A stretch of DNA of 64,000 bases from Candidatus Latescibacterota bacterium. Its GTDB lineage: Bacteria; Latescibacterota; UBA2968; GCA-2709665. Shown piece after piece: positions 38,772 through 48,049 of this stretch. The notes under the pieces were generated by a model. The model saw nothing but the letters and a program-made list of their open reading frames with translations. It ran no database searches and had not been told where the DNA came from. Every line of letters starts with the position of its first letter. Positions within the stretch are counted from its first letter, which is position 1. Made by a program: the position numbers and the translations under genes. Location: contig CAXXXF010000007.1 of the NCBI GenBank assembly GCA_963667175.2, positions 96,001 through 160,000 on the forward strand. Reading direction: 5' to 3'.

Positions 38772-40247
38772 TTACTCGACTTTCCTCACGCGAACGACAA
38801 CGTCGTGTCGAAACGGCGGCACAACCAGCCGGCGCAAGCCGCCGCCGATCGGCACACCGGGAGAATAGACGCCGTCTACCGGCGAAAAACAGCACGTTTC
38901 AAACGCGCCTGGCGGCAATTCAATGCAAAGCCGTCCCTCAATCGGGTCGCCGCATCCGGCTTCCTCGCGCTCGCGGTCGTCGGCCAGGTAGATGCAGTAG
39001 TCCTCTCCTTCAACCGCGAAAATCGATTCAAGCGTGTGGTTCGGACGTTCCCTCAGCCATCCCGGCATCACCGGGCGCGCCCTCACAAGATCGATCGAGT
39101 GGATAAACCCGGACAGGTTGCCCATCCACCTTCGAATCCCGTTTCGTGACTCGGGTGTTCCCGCCTCGAGGTACGGCAGGATCGAAAAGTCGATCATATC
39201 GTAGTGGGCCCCTGCAAACAGCGAAGTCCAGGCCCGCTTGCGATGGACCGTCCATCCCTCGACTTCCTTGTACTGGGTTGCGACGTTGTCCTCATCGTGA
39301 TTCAGCGGCTTCGCCCGTTCATAGGCTGCGAGGGAAAAATCACGCAACGGACGCAGCTTGAGCTGCTTGGACATGAAGTCGCCGAGATCGTAACTTCGAC
39401 CATCGCACAGGGTATTGGGCAGCGGGTGTATATTCACCACGTCGAAATCCATGGCGCTGAACGATCCGTCGGATGGCTGATCGAACGGCCTGATCGTCAT
39501 CGCTTCCTGTCCCGCAATCAGGTGCTGCTTCGGCATCCCGCCTTCCAGTTCACGGATCTGTTCGATGAACTGCGCCTGCCAGCCGTTTACCTCCTCCGAA
39601 CCGGGCAGATCGTCGGGACCGGGGAAATGACACGGTTCGTTGCAGATCTCGTAGATCACGTTCCCGTACCGGTTGGTCTCCGTGACGATGCGGCGCACGT
39701 GCGCGCGCTGCCAGTCCAACAGGTCCTTCCGCCGGCACGTCATATACTCCTGCCAGGGCGGCGGCTGATCCGGCGGCTCCATGCTAATATTGTTGGCGGG
39801 ATTCAGCGGATTGAGCGCCCAGATCTCGTCCTTGTAGGTGTTGCTGAAGAGCACCACCTCCACGATGATCCCATACGACTCCGCAAGAGACAGAAACGCG
39901 TGCAGCCGATCGAAGAACTCGGCGTTCCGGCGCGTCAGATCGTACCGCGGCTGTCCGTCCATCCCGTTTCCGGGCCCGGTCCTTTCGAACGGCGCAATAT
40001 AGTCCGGCGATTCGGGCTTGCAGGTCGAGTACGGATTCACAGGCGTCTGCAATTCTCTGAACAGCGTGAACAACCGCGTGAGCGTCTGCCCCCGTTCCGC
40101 GGCGTCCTGCAGATAGCGTTCGAACCGGAACGGCCTGTTCATCACGGCCCCGTAGTGTTCGGTTGCGCAGACCAGCGCCAGCGCGCGTCCGCGATAGTCG
40201 AAGATCTTTCTGTTTTCGGGGTGAATTCGAATCACCTCAGACACCAT
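38772..40247 (-). CDS. Glycoside hydrolase clan-A-like TIM-barrel protein
   Basis: GIIVEVVLF, NVIYEICNEP, KPLNHDE. True start at MVSEV; the ORF-track extension is MITE sequence. Confidence 0.65.
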   Translation of the reverse strand: MVSEVIRIHPENRKIFDYRGRALALVCATEHYGAVMNRPFRFERYLQDAAERGQTLTRLFTLFRELQTPVNPYSTCKPESPDYIAPFERTGPGNGMDGQPRYDLTRRNAEFFDRLHAFLSLAESYGIIVEVVLFSNTYKDEIWALNPLNPANNISMEPPDQPPPWQEYMTCRRKDLLDWQRAHVRRIVTETNRYGNVIYEICNEPCHFPGPDDLPGSEEVNGWQAQFIEQIRELEGGMPKQHLIAGQEAMTIRPFDQPSDGSFSAMDFDVVNIHPLPNTLCDGRSYDLGDFMSKQLKLRPLRDFSLAAYERAKPLNHDEDNVATQYKEVEGWTVHRKRAWTSLFAGAHYDMIDFSILPYLEAGTPESRNGIRRWMGNLSGFIHSIDLVRARPVMPGWLRERPNHTLESIFAVEGEDYCIYLADDREREEAGCGDPIEGRLCIELPPGAFETCCFSPVDGVYSPGVPIGGGLRRLVVPPFRHDVVVRVRKVE

Positions 40248-40258
40248 CCGTCCCCTTA

Positions 40259-40465
40259 CAGTCCGTTGATAAGGTCGCTCTGCAGGCGAGACCGAGTCAT
40301 TGTGGCCGAAGACAAGGCGCGCAACCGAGTCGAATCGGTGGATTCGGCGAGGGAGCGCCTGCCTGCTGCAGGCAGGCAACGCAGTATATCGGCCACAAGG
40401 GCCGGACGCCTGTCTGCGTGCGAACGCACAGTCAGGCAGCCCGGATGGACTTTTTCAACGGGCTG
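40259..40465 (+). mobile_element. MITE copy 2
   Basis: Same terminal repeats and body as copy 1. Confidence 0.85.
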
Positions 40466-40519
40466 CTTGTTCGCGTGAATGCGCCTCGTAATGAACATGC
40501 ATCCGGCGGCAATGATCGC

Positions 40520-41608
40520 TTACGCGTCGCCGGCTTGTTTCCGACGCAGCCGGGACCACTTCTCCTGAAATCCGCGGCGGCGGAAGACGTCGGGATTCAC
40601 AACGCCGGGTGGTTTCGTTCCGAGAGACAGCGCCACCATACTCCGGCAGACCGTTCGTCCGATGTCGCGGAACAGCTCCTCCGTCCACGCAACCGAATGC
40701 GGCGCAAGCAGAACGTTTTCGAATCTGCCGAACCGTTGCGGCTTCACAACCGGTTCCACCGCGAAACAGTCCAGCGCCGCGCCCGCGATCGAGTCCGCTT
40801 CCAGGGCGTCGAACAGCGCATCCTCATCCACGATCCCGCCCCTCGCGGTATTGATCAGATAGGCGTTGCGTTTCATCAGCGACAGCTCCTGCGCGCCGAT
40901 CAGGCCCTCCGTCTCGTCGGTCAACGGACAGTGGATGGATACAAAATCGGAAGCAGACAACAGATCCGGGAGCGACGCCAGGGTCACGCCCAGCTTCCGC
41001 GCCTCCCGTGGGTCGACGTACGGATCGAATGCGAGAGGCGTACTCATTCCGAACGTCCCCAGCAACCGGACCGTCTCCCGTGCGATCCCGCCCAGCCCCA
41101 CCGCGCCGAACGTGCGGTCGCGCAATTCACGTCCCATATATCGCGTTCGTTCATCCCACCCGCCGGTACGCACCAGCCGGTCCTTGACGCGCATGTGGTG
41201 GGTCAGCGCGATCATCCAGCCCACGGTTGCCTCGGCCACCGACCGGTCGACGGCGCCGGCCGTAATGAGTACGGCCACGTCGGCCTCCGTACATGCCGCC
41301 ACGTCGACCGAGTCGTACCCCACGCCGAAACGGCCGATGGCCAGCAGGTTTTCCGATGCCGAAACCGTCGCCGCGGTAACGGCCGGCGTCAGTACGACCA
41401 CGCCCTGGACGTTTTCTACCTGATCCGGTCCGATCTCCGGCCGACGTCCTCGGAATACCGACGTCCGGATATGGGCATGGTCGTCGAATACGGAAAGGCC
41501 CATATCGGTAAATTTGCACGTTCCGTCGGCATCGTAGAAATCGGCGGTCAGCGCCACGCGGAAGATGGCCCCGTCGGACGACATACTCGCGAATTCCTCA
41601 CGTGACAC
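40520..41608 (-). CDS. D-isomer-specific 2-hydroxyacid dehydrogenase
   Basis: RFGVGYD, VGLGGIA, HCPLT, INTARG, LAPH. The start may be the later ATG (MSSDG). Confidence 0.92.
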   Translation of the reverse strand: MSREEFASMSSDGAIFRVALTADFYDADGTCKFTDMGLSVFDDHAHIRTSVFRGRRPEIGPDQVENVQGVVVLTPAVTAATVSASENLLAIGRFGVGYDSVDVAACTEADVAVLITAGAVDRSVAEATVGWMIALTHHMRVKDRLVRTGGWDERTRYMGRELRDRTFGAVGLGGIARETVRLLGTFGMSTPLAFDPYVDPREARKLGVTLASLPDLLSASDFVSIHCPLTDETEGLIGAQELSLMKRNAYLINTARGGIVDEDALFDALEADSIAGAALDCFAVEPVVKPQRFGRFENVLLAPHSVAWTEELFRDIGRTVCRSMVALSLGTKPPGVVNPDVFRRRGFQEKWSRLRRKQAGDA

Positions 41609-43030
41609 TCAGATCCACCCGAATTCCCAGAGCAGGCAAGCCACGGCGAATACAATGTATACGAGCGATGCAATTCCCATCATGAGGGTGCACACCCATC
41701 CGGGCCGGGCCGCCGCCGGCAGGTGGCGATGATTGATGAAGAGCGTGAGGGGGGTATAAATCGCCATCGCGAAACCGCCGATATAGGCGGCGTTGAACAG
41801 GAATCCCAGTTCGCTCACCCCGCGGGCTTCCATCACATAGGTAATGACGCAACCGGCCACAATCCACGTCGCCGCCACGACCAGGTACCACCAGCTCAAT
41901 TCCCGCTTCCTCGCCCCTCTGAAATTGGTGTACACCATGTCGGCAATGGACCGCGACACCCCGTCGACGAGCGCAAGCTGTGTACTGAACAGGGTGGCCA
42001 GCCCCACCACCAGAAAGACATATCTCCCCGTCTCGCCCCAGACTGTTGCCAGGACCTCGGCCTCGTCCCAGATCAGCGTGCCCCCGGCCGGGACGATCCC
42101 GTTCGGATGCAGGACTGCAAGCGCGCCAAAGATAAACAGCAGGATGGTTACGGAATTCAGGGCCCAGAAGAACAGCATCTGGTCTTTCTTCACATAGTCG
42201 AACCAGCGTCTGAAATGACCGATATTCTCTTCGGTCTCCTCAAACCGGAACCCCGTGGAGGGCATCGCCTCGGTCCGCCCTCGGAGCGGGTTCCGCATTT
42301 CGGGCAAATGCGCTCCCATCCCGATATGCTTGTCCCGCAGGTAGAATGTATAAAAGAGATTGGCCGTGCCGCCGGCGCCCGCAAATACAAGGGCGATGAA
42401 CATCGCCTTGACGCTCATGCCCGGATCGATGTAGCCGACATTGACAACACCCCTCCCCAGCGAGGTCCAGGTCTCCGCCGACCCAACCGCGTACGCGACC
42501 ACAATCAGACCGACTGTCACAACCACCACGAGCAGTTCGATGCTACGCTCGACGGACTGGTAGATGAGCTTCGGCCCGAACAGAATCAGGGCCACTCCCG
42601 CAAAGGTGATGACCGTCCAGAATGCATCCGAACCCCATCCGTGCGGCCCCACCAGCAGCGCTTTCAAGGCCAACCCCGACGCGCGGCCCCAACCAGGCGC
42701 GATCCAGCTGAATATCGTCAACAGAATGAATACGGGAGCGAATCCGCGCCACACCCTGCTGTACCCCGTATATACCGTTTCGCCCGTGGCAATGGTCCAT
42801 CTCCCCACTTCAAAGTTGATCCAGAGCTGCAGAAAGATGCCGAGACAGGCCGCCCACACCATGCTTGCCCCGTATTCCGCGACGATGCGCGGCCAGATGA
42901 CGATCTCGCCGGCGCCGATGGAAAGCCCCACCAGAATGGCGCCAGGTCCGGCCAGTTTCCAGAAAGACGGTTTTCGTGCCGGCATCGTTCTGACGTCGAA
43001 GCCTTTCAGTGGCTCAAAGAACCCCGCCAT
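41609..43030 (-). CDS. Nramp-like (LeuT-fold) membrane transporter
   Basis: GPGAILVGLSIGAGEIVIWP, EVGRWTIATGE, ATLFSTQL; about 11 hydrophobic segments. Confidence 0.8.
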   Translation of the reverse strand: MAGFFEPLKGFDVRTMPARKPSFWKLAGPGAILVGLSIGAGEIVIWPRIVAEYGASMVWAACLGIFLQLWINFEVGRWTIATGETVYTGYSRVWRGFAPVFILLTIFSWIAPGWGRASGLALKALLVGPHGWGSDAFWTVITFAGVALILFGPKLIYQSVERSIELLVVVVTVGLIVVAYAVGSAETWTSLGRGVVNVGYIDPGMSVKAMFIALVFAGAGGTANLFYTFYLRDKHIGMGAHLPEMRNPLRGRTEAMPSTGFRFEETEENIGHFRRWFDYVKKDQMLFFWALNSVTILLFIFGALAVLHPNGIVPAGGTLIWDEAEVLATVWGETGRYVFLVVGLATLFSTQLALVDGVSRSIADMVYTNFRGARKRELSWWYLVVAATWIVAGCVITYVMEARGVSELGFLFNAAYIGGFAMAIYTPLTLFINHRHLPAAARPGWVCTLMMGIASLVYIVFAVACLLWEFGWI

Positions 43031-43113
43031 ACCCAATCTCCTCGCGGCTTCGCCATCGCCTGCGGTACGTCCGCCCGGCCGCGCCGCGGGCGGTCCGAGT
43101 CCGTGAAGCGGAT

Positions 43114-43143
43114 AAAAAAAAGGCTCGGAGAATTGTCCGGCCT
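43114..43143 (-). terminator. Intrinsic terminator upstream of the transporter operon
   Basis: Minus strand AGGCCGGA-CAATTC-TCCGAGCC followed by T8. Confidence 0.65.
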
Positions 43144-43297
43144 GATTCATTTCCCGTTCCGCTGCAATTCGGACGACGTTCGTTCTTCGGGAAACCAGCG
43201 CGTCCATCGGAAATTCAGGACGCTTCACTACTTTCGATTCTCACTTTGCGTGGCGAACCGCCCCTGTCCGGGGTTGCCCGCCGTGCCGCCACCCACC

Positions 43298-43816
43298 CTA
43301 CCGCACCCGCTTCCAGGTATCCACAAATACACCGGGAAACGACGCGACCATCCGATCGCCCCCGAACTCTTCGCTGTACCCTCGCTCGTGCGAGATGCGA
43401 ATCAGCCCGTCTTCCAGTGAAATCTTACCCTTTTCGACCTTGGCCTTATGGTATATCGTGATCGGCGATTCGGATGACGACCGGTAACCCTGCCGCATGA
43501 GCAGATACCGCGAACGCGTAATCGCGGAGGTCGAGATTTCGTATTTGCTGGCGGAGAAATCGAATGTCCTGGGTTTTTCGCCGGCCGCGTCCACGAGCAG
43601 GTTCAGGGTGACGTGGGCTTTTCGCGAATCGATCGGCTGCCACGAGAACACGCCCGAAACCTCGGACTGTCCAAGCACCGTCCCGTCCGGCAACGTTCGG
43701 GACTCAAGCTCCCACGTGCCGGCAAGCTGCTCCTGCATCTGTGCCAGACGGTCGCTGCAGCCCAGAGTCAACCCCGCACTCAGCGTTAGAATCACGAACG
43801 TCAATCGGCGATTCAT
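43298..43816 (-). CDS. Lipoprotein, lipocalin-like
   Basis: Lipobox TLGC and LAGTWEL. Confidence 0.7.
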   Translation of the reverse strand: MNRRLTFVILTLSAGLTLGCSDRLAQMQEQLAGTWELESRTLPDGTVLGQSEVSGVFSWQPIDSRKAHVTLNLLVDAAGEKPRTFDFSASKYEISTSAITRSRYLLMRQGYRSSSESPITIYHKAKVEKGKISLEDGLIRISHERGYSEEFGGDRMVASFPGVFVDTWKRVR

Positions 43817-43886
43817 TCCAGTCTCCGTAAGGGTCGCCGGGAACGTACCGGCGTTGCCTGATCCGCCATCCGGTAACACGCAGAAC

Positions 43887-43915
43887 AGTATATTTCCGGG
43901 AATCCGCCCTGTCAA
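43887..43915 (-). promoter_or_regulatory. sigma70 promoter
   Basis: Minus strand TTGACA-17 nt-TATACT. Confidence 0.75.
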
Positions 43916-43916
43916 G

Positions 43917-43951
43917 AAAAAAAGCCCCGATCGAGTGTTGCTCTCGAGGCT
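43917..43951 (-). terminator. Intrinsic terminator of the HU gene
   Basis: Minus strand AGCCTCGA...TCGGGGCT plus T-run. Confidence 0.7.
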
Positions 43952-43978
43952 CCCTGGTCAGAATCGAAGAAATATCGG

Positions 43979-44254
43979 CTAATTGACGGCTTCCTTAAGT
44001 GCTTTTCCAGCTTTGAAACGAACGGTCTTGCCCGCGGAAATCTGAATAGTCTCACCCGTCTGAGGATTTCGACCGGTTCGTGCGGCTCTGGTTCCGATCG
44101 AAAACGTCCCGAACCCGGATATGGCGACGCGATCACCGTTTTTGAGCGAATCGGCGATTTCGTTCAGAACGACACGAAGTGCGGATTCCGCATTCCTTTT
44201 TGATAGACCGGCCTGATTTGCAATTGCATCGACTAGATCGGCCCTGTTCGACAT
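43979..44254 (-). CDS. hup: DNA-binding protein HU
   Basis: GFGTF, RAARTGRNPQTG, FKAGKALK. Confidence 0.96.
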   Translation of the reverse strand: MSNRADLVDAIANQAGLSKRNAESALRVVLNEIADSLKNGDRVAISGFGTFSIGTRAARTGRNPQTGETIQISAGKTVRFKAGKALKEAVN

Positions 44255-44451
44255 GGCAATTCACCCCCTTTCTGGAATTTGCCCTGAATATAGGCCCGAT
44301 GGTGGGAATTTGTCAAGTGCGCCGATACCGCAGCACAAGAGCAACAATGCGCGGACCGAAATACCCATCCAATCATCACAACGAACCGGAATACAACCGG
44401 TTCGTCCCGGTGTACCTGAATCGCCGGTACCCGCTCGCGGTTGAAGAACGC

Positions 44452-44490
44452 AAAAAACCGGGCGGAGATCGTTTCTCATCTCCGCCCGGT
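44452..44490 (-). terminator. Intrinsic terminator downstream of the sigma-factor gene
   Basis: Perfect 13-bp stem ACCGGGCGGAGAT/ATCTCCGCCCGGT with a T-run on the minus strand. Confidence 0.8.
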
Positions 44491-44561
44491 CGAATCCCCC
44501 GGGCATCGTCCCCGCCCCGTTGCAGAACGGGAACGCGCCGCGTCGGACATCGGGAGCTCAT

Positions 44562-44658
44562 CAGCCCGTTGAAAAAGTCCATCCGGGCTGCCTGCCTGTA
44601 CGTTCGCACGCAGACAGGCGTCCGGCCGCGCCTGCAGAGCGCCTTTTCCAACGGACCG
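44562..44658 (-). mobile_element. MITE copy 3 (inverted, internally deleted)
   Basis: Both ends retained, about 110 bp of the interior missing; abuts the sigma gene stop codon. Confidence 0.8.
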
Positions 44659-45510
44659 TTATGCCGACTCCATCAACGGTTCGAGTTGCAGCCGTCGGCG
44701 CGGATGGCGAAGTCGACGAAGGGCCTTTTCCTTTATCTGCCGTACGCGTTCCCGCGTAAGGCTGAACCTGGTGCCGATCTCCTCCAGCGTCATCGCTTCC
44801 TCGTCGCCCAACCCGAAATAGAGCCGCAGCACTTCTGCTTCCCGCGCATCGAGTGTTTCAAGGACCATCCTGACCTGATCCTTGACGGACTCGTCGACCA
44901 CTTCAAGGTCCGGCGCCTTTTGAGAGCTGTCCGGCAGAATGTGCAGCAGGCTGTGGTCGTCGTCGTCCTTGAACGACGCATCGAGCGACCAGACATCCCG
45001 TGCCCTGAGGAGGGTATCCTGCACCATGTCCACCGAGACGCCGAGCTTTTCAGCGATCGTCTCGGGATCGGGATCGGCCTCTTCAGATTGCCGAATCTCT
45101 CGCGACACCTTCGCGATATTGTGCAACAGATCGATTCGGTTTATAGGTAACCGGACCACGCGGGAATCCTGCGCAAGACTTTGATGGATGGCCTGGCGGA
45201 TCCACCAGACCGCGTAGGATATGAACTTGAACCCGCGCGTCCCGTCAAATCTTTCCGCGGCCGTCATCAGACCCATGTTTCCCGCACTGATGAGATCGGC
45301 CAATGGCACGCCATGGTTCTGATACTCCCTGGCGACGCTGACGACGAAACGGAGATTCGATGCAACCAGCCTGTCCCTGGCCCGCTGGTCTCCCTTCCGG
45401 ATCCGGTGCGCGAGCGCAATCTCGGTCTCGGCAGTCAGCGGTTCCGAAGAAGCGATATCCCTGAGGTAGAGGTCCAGAGATTCGCTATCCTGAATCATGA
45501 TTCCAGCCAC
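44659..45510 (-). CDS. sigma70-family sigma factor (regions 1.2-4, no region 1.1)
   Basis: SLDLYLRDI, NLRFVVSVA, DLISAGNMGL, KFISYAVWWIRQAI, TLEEIG..FSLTRERVRQI. Confidence 0.95.
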   Translation of the reverse strand: MAGIMIQDSESLDLYLRDIASSEPLTAETEIALAHRIRKGDQRARDRLVASNLRFVVSVAREYQNHGVPLADLISAGNMGLMTAAERFDGTRGFKFISYAVWWIRQAIHQSLAQDSRVVRLPINRIDLLHNIAKVSREIRQSEEADPDPETIAEKLGVSVDMVQDTLLRARDVWSLDASFKDDDDHSLLHILPDSSQKAPDLEVVDESVKDQVRMVLETLDAREAEVLRLYFGLGDEEAMTLEEIGTRFSLTRERVRQIKEKALRRLRHPRRRLQLEPLMESA

Positions 45511-45548
45511 GGTCCGACCTCCAGAGTATTAGTGTGCGTTATCCACGT

Positions 45549-46097
45549 TTACGTCGTCAAAACGTGCGCCCTGAGCGCCTCCGGCATCGCGCCGTGCAGG
45601 CGCATCTGCCGCATCAGCAGACCGTTCATCTCCTCTGCCGAACGGGACATGAGAAACGTTGCGGTGAAATCTTCATGGAACAGCCTGCACAAATAGCCCA
45701 GGAGGGGCAGATATCTTATGTCGCCCTCCCCGGGTACCGACACAAGGCAGATGAGTCGAACCGGCTCCCGGTGCGTCTCCGAGTGAAAATCGACGCCGCC
45801 CGGAGAAATGCCCAGCGCCATACCCAGATGCGCAGCCGAACCGCAACGGGCATGGGGAAAAGCAATCCCGTTCCCGACCGCGGTGCTCTCCAGGTCTTCT
45901 CTGTCCAGAACCGACTGCAGGAACCGCAGACTGTCGGTCACGTACCCCGATGCGTGCAGCCGGTCGACAAGCGCCTTGATTGCGCCCATACGGTCGCGGG
46001 GCGCCAGGCTTGCGACCATCGTCGCCGGATGGAAGCCGACCACGCCGCTCAAGTCCGTTTCCCATTCACTGCTGTAGTAGAATTTTGACAGCGCCAT
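45549..46097 (-). CDS. Stand-alone PTS EIIA (Ntr/fructose-type) domain protein
   Basis: RE..ESTAVGNGIAFPHAR containing the phospho-His; GVDF. Confidence 0.88.
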   Translation of the reverse strand: MALSKFYYSSEWETDLSGVVGFHPATMVASLAPRDRMGAIKALVDRLHASGYVTDSLRFLQSVLDREDLESTAVGNGIAFPHARCGSAAHLGMALGISPGGVDFHSETHREPVRLICLVSVPGEGDIRYLPLLGYLCRLFHEDFTATFLMSRSAEEMNGLLMRQMRLHGAMPEALRAHVLTT

Positions 46098-46332
46098 GTT
46101 GTATTTCGCGTACGCGGGGGTTAAGAATCCGAACAGACGGGGTCGATTTTATCCGCATCGAATTGCAGGGGATGAGCCCGGCATGACGCCAAGTGCAATT
46201 TGTGCAGATTGTTCGACTTGAACCGTCAGTCGCCACATGACAAAAAATGCTCGATAACCAACGCAAAGTTCGCGGTTTTGATAAAAACCTAACGTATCAG
46301 AGATTCCAATGGAATGGTCGCCATAGACTTTA

Positions 46333-46348
46333 AGCAACTTTAATGCCA
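46333..46348 (-). promoter_or_regulatory. sigma54 -24/-12 promoter
   Basis: Minus strand TGGCATTAAAGTTGCT; near-consensus TGGCAC-N5-TTGC. Confidence 0.8.
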
Positions 46349-46446
46349 GATTTCTCGAAAAAAACATAAATGATTAATATTAAAAAACTTGCGCCCGCCG
46401 ATTCCAGACGCCGGGCGCGACAGACTTGTCTCACTTTGCCAGATAA

Positions 46447-46492
46447 CGCAAATTTTGCATCCGAAAATCCGACAGATTGCGCAAATTTTGCA
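46447..46492. promoter_or_regulatory. Tandem enhancer (UAS) for a sigma54 activator
   Basis: CGCAAATTTTGCA occurs exactly twice (46447-46459 and 46480-46492), 33 bp apart, about 125-170 bp upstream of the predicted +1. Confidence 0.7.
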
Positions 46493-46542
46493 GCAGGGCG
46501 CGGCCGGGGCGCCGAATAAACCGGATGCGCAGTCTCTCCTGC

Positions 46543-47904
46543 TCAGGAGCCGAGGCTGTATTTCTTGATCTTGTAATGCAGGGCCCGGACGCTGATACCC
46601 AGCACGCGGGCGGCTTCCTGACGGTTGGACGTGACGTGTGCCAGCGTGTTTTCGATCAGAAGGCGTTCCGTTTCCTCTATTGAGGTACTCAGTGGAATGA
46701 CGAGATTCTTCGGAACCGGAGCGGACGCACGGACGCCCGAGGGGAGACGTTGAGGACCGACCTCGGTCTCCGGACACGTCACGACGATCCGTTCCACGGT
46801 GTTTTTTAACTCCCGGACGTTTCCCGGCCAGGCGTAGTTCAGTATCATCCGCATCGTGTCCGGCAAAAACCGTTTCCTGGGTTTGCGATGTGACGCGCAA
46901 AGTTCATCCAGAAAGGTCTCCACAAGCAGCGGAATATCCTCTTTGCGGTCCTTCAGTTGCGGAAGCCGAATGGGAACGACGTTGATCCTGTAATACAGAT
47001 CTTCCCGGAAACGACCCTCCTTCAATTCCTGATCCAGGTTTCTGTTCGTGGCGAATATGATCCGCACGTCGGCCCTTGTGGACACGCTGCTGCCGACCGG
47101 TGTATATACCTTCTCCTCCAGAACCCTCAGAAGGTCCACCTGGTTGGCCAGTGGAATCTCACCGACTTCGTCCAGGAACAGCGTGCCGGCCTCCGCGGCG
47201 GCGAACCGGCCCGGCACGTCGGCGTGGGCGCCCGTAAACGCACCCTTGACGTGACCGAACAACTCACGTTCGAACAACGTTTCCGGAACGGCGCCGCAAT
47301 TCACGGCCACGAGGGGACCCTCGCGGCGGCTGCTCCGCTGGTGGATCGCCCGGGCCACAAGCTCCTTGCCCGTGCCGGTGTCGCCCATCACCAGTACGGG
47401 CACATCCGTTATTGCAGCTTGTGCCAGCGTTTCGCAGACCTGCCGCATGGCCGGACTCCGGTTCACGATCTCTCCGAAAGCCTCGGTCGATCCCAGCCAG
47501 GCCCGCAGTTCCTTGTTTTCCGCGACCAGAGCCTGATGCTCGAGGAGATGCTGCAGGGAGAGGTGCAGGCGTTTGAGATCCACCGGCTTCGCCAGGTAAT
47601 CATACGCACCCAGGCGCATGGCGTCTACCGCCGTGGATACCTCACCAAAGGCGGTAATCATGATAACGCCGGTATCGGGGCTGGTTTTCTTCAGACGCTT
47701 CAACAGGCCAATCCCGTCGATTCCCGGCATCTTCAGATCCAGAATGGCCGCATGGTAAACTCGCGCACTCAGACGTTCGGACGCTTCCACGCCATTATAT
47801 GCGACTTCGACCGAATACCCGACGTTCGTCAAGGACTCTTTAAGTCCCTCGCATATGTGGTATTCGTCGTCGGCAACGAAGATCCTGATATCTTTGGTTT
47901 CCAT
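46543..47904 (-). CDS. NtrC/AtoC-family sigma54-dependent response regulator
   Basis: Receiver (ADDE, LDLKMP, KP), GDTGTGKE, GAFTGA, FLDEVGE, WPGNVREL, Fis-type HTH. Confidence 0.96.
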   Translation of the reverse strand: METKDIRIFVADDEYHICEGLKESLTNVGYSVEVAYNGVEASERLSARVYHAAILDLKMPGIDGIGLLKRLKKTSPDTGVIMITAFGEVSTAVDAMRLGAYDYLAKPVDLKRLHLSLQHLLEHQALVAENKELRAWLGSTEAFGEIVNRSPAMRQVCETLAQAAITDVPVLVMGDTGTGKELVARAIHQRSSRREGPLVAVNCGAVPETLFERELFGHVKGAFTGAHADVPGRFAAAEAGTLFLDEVGEIPLANQVDLLRVLEEKVYTPVGSSVSTRADVRIIFATNRNLDQELKEGRFREDLYYRINVVPIRLPQLKDRKEDIPLLVETFLDELCASHRKPRKRFLPDTMRMILNYAWPGNVRELKNTVERIVVTCPETEVGPQRLPSGVRASAPVPKNLVIPLSTSIEETERLLIENTLAHVTSNRQEAARVLGISVRALHYKIKKYSLGS

Positions 47905-48049
47905 GTCTATCCGTCCATGTGTCCGTTACGTTCGGTCGCGTGCGGCCGGCATCCGCCGTGGTGACGCAAAATCAAGACCGTTCGTGCGAGTCCGCGGAAG
48001 CCGACCCCGAACTCGGAGCGAATCGGTACCGTTCTCCGGCGCCGGACCG

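Noticed and set aside
19259-40259. MITE copies 1 and 2 start exactly 21000 bp apart
   Set aside because: The copies differ in sequence and flanks; treated as coincidence.
43979-44254. HU as part of the sigma54-driven operon
   Set aside because: It is separated by the strong terminator at 44452-44490 and has its own TTGACA-18-TATATT promoter.
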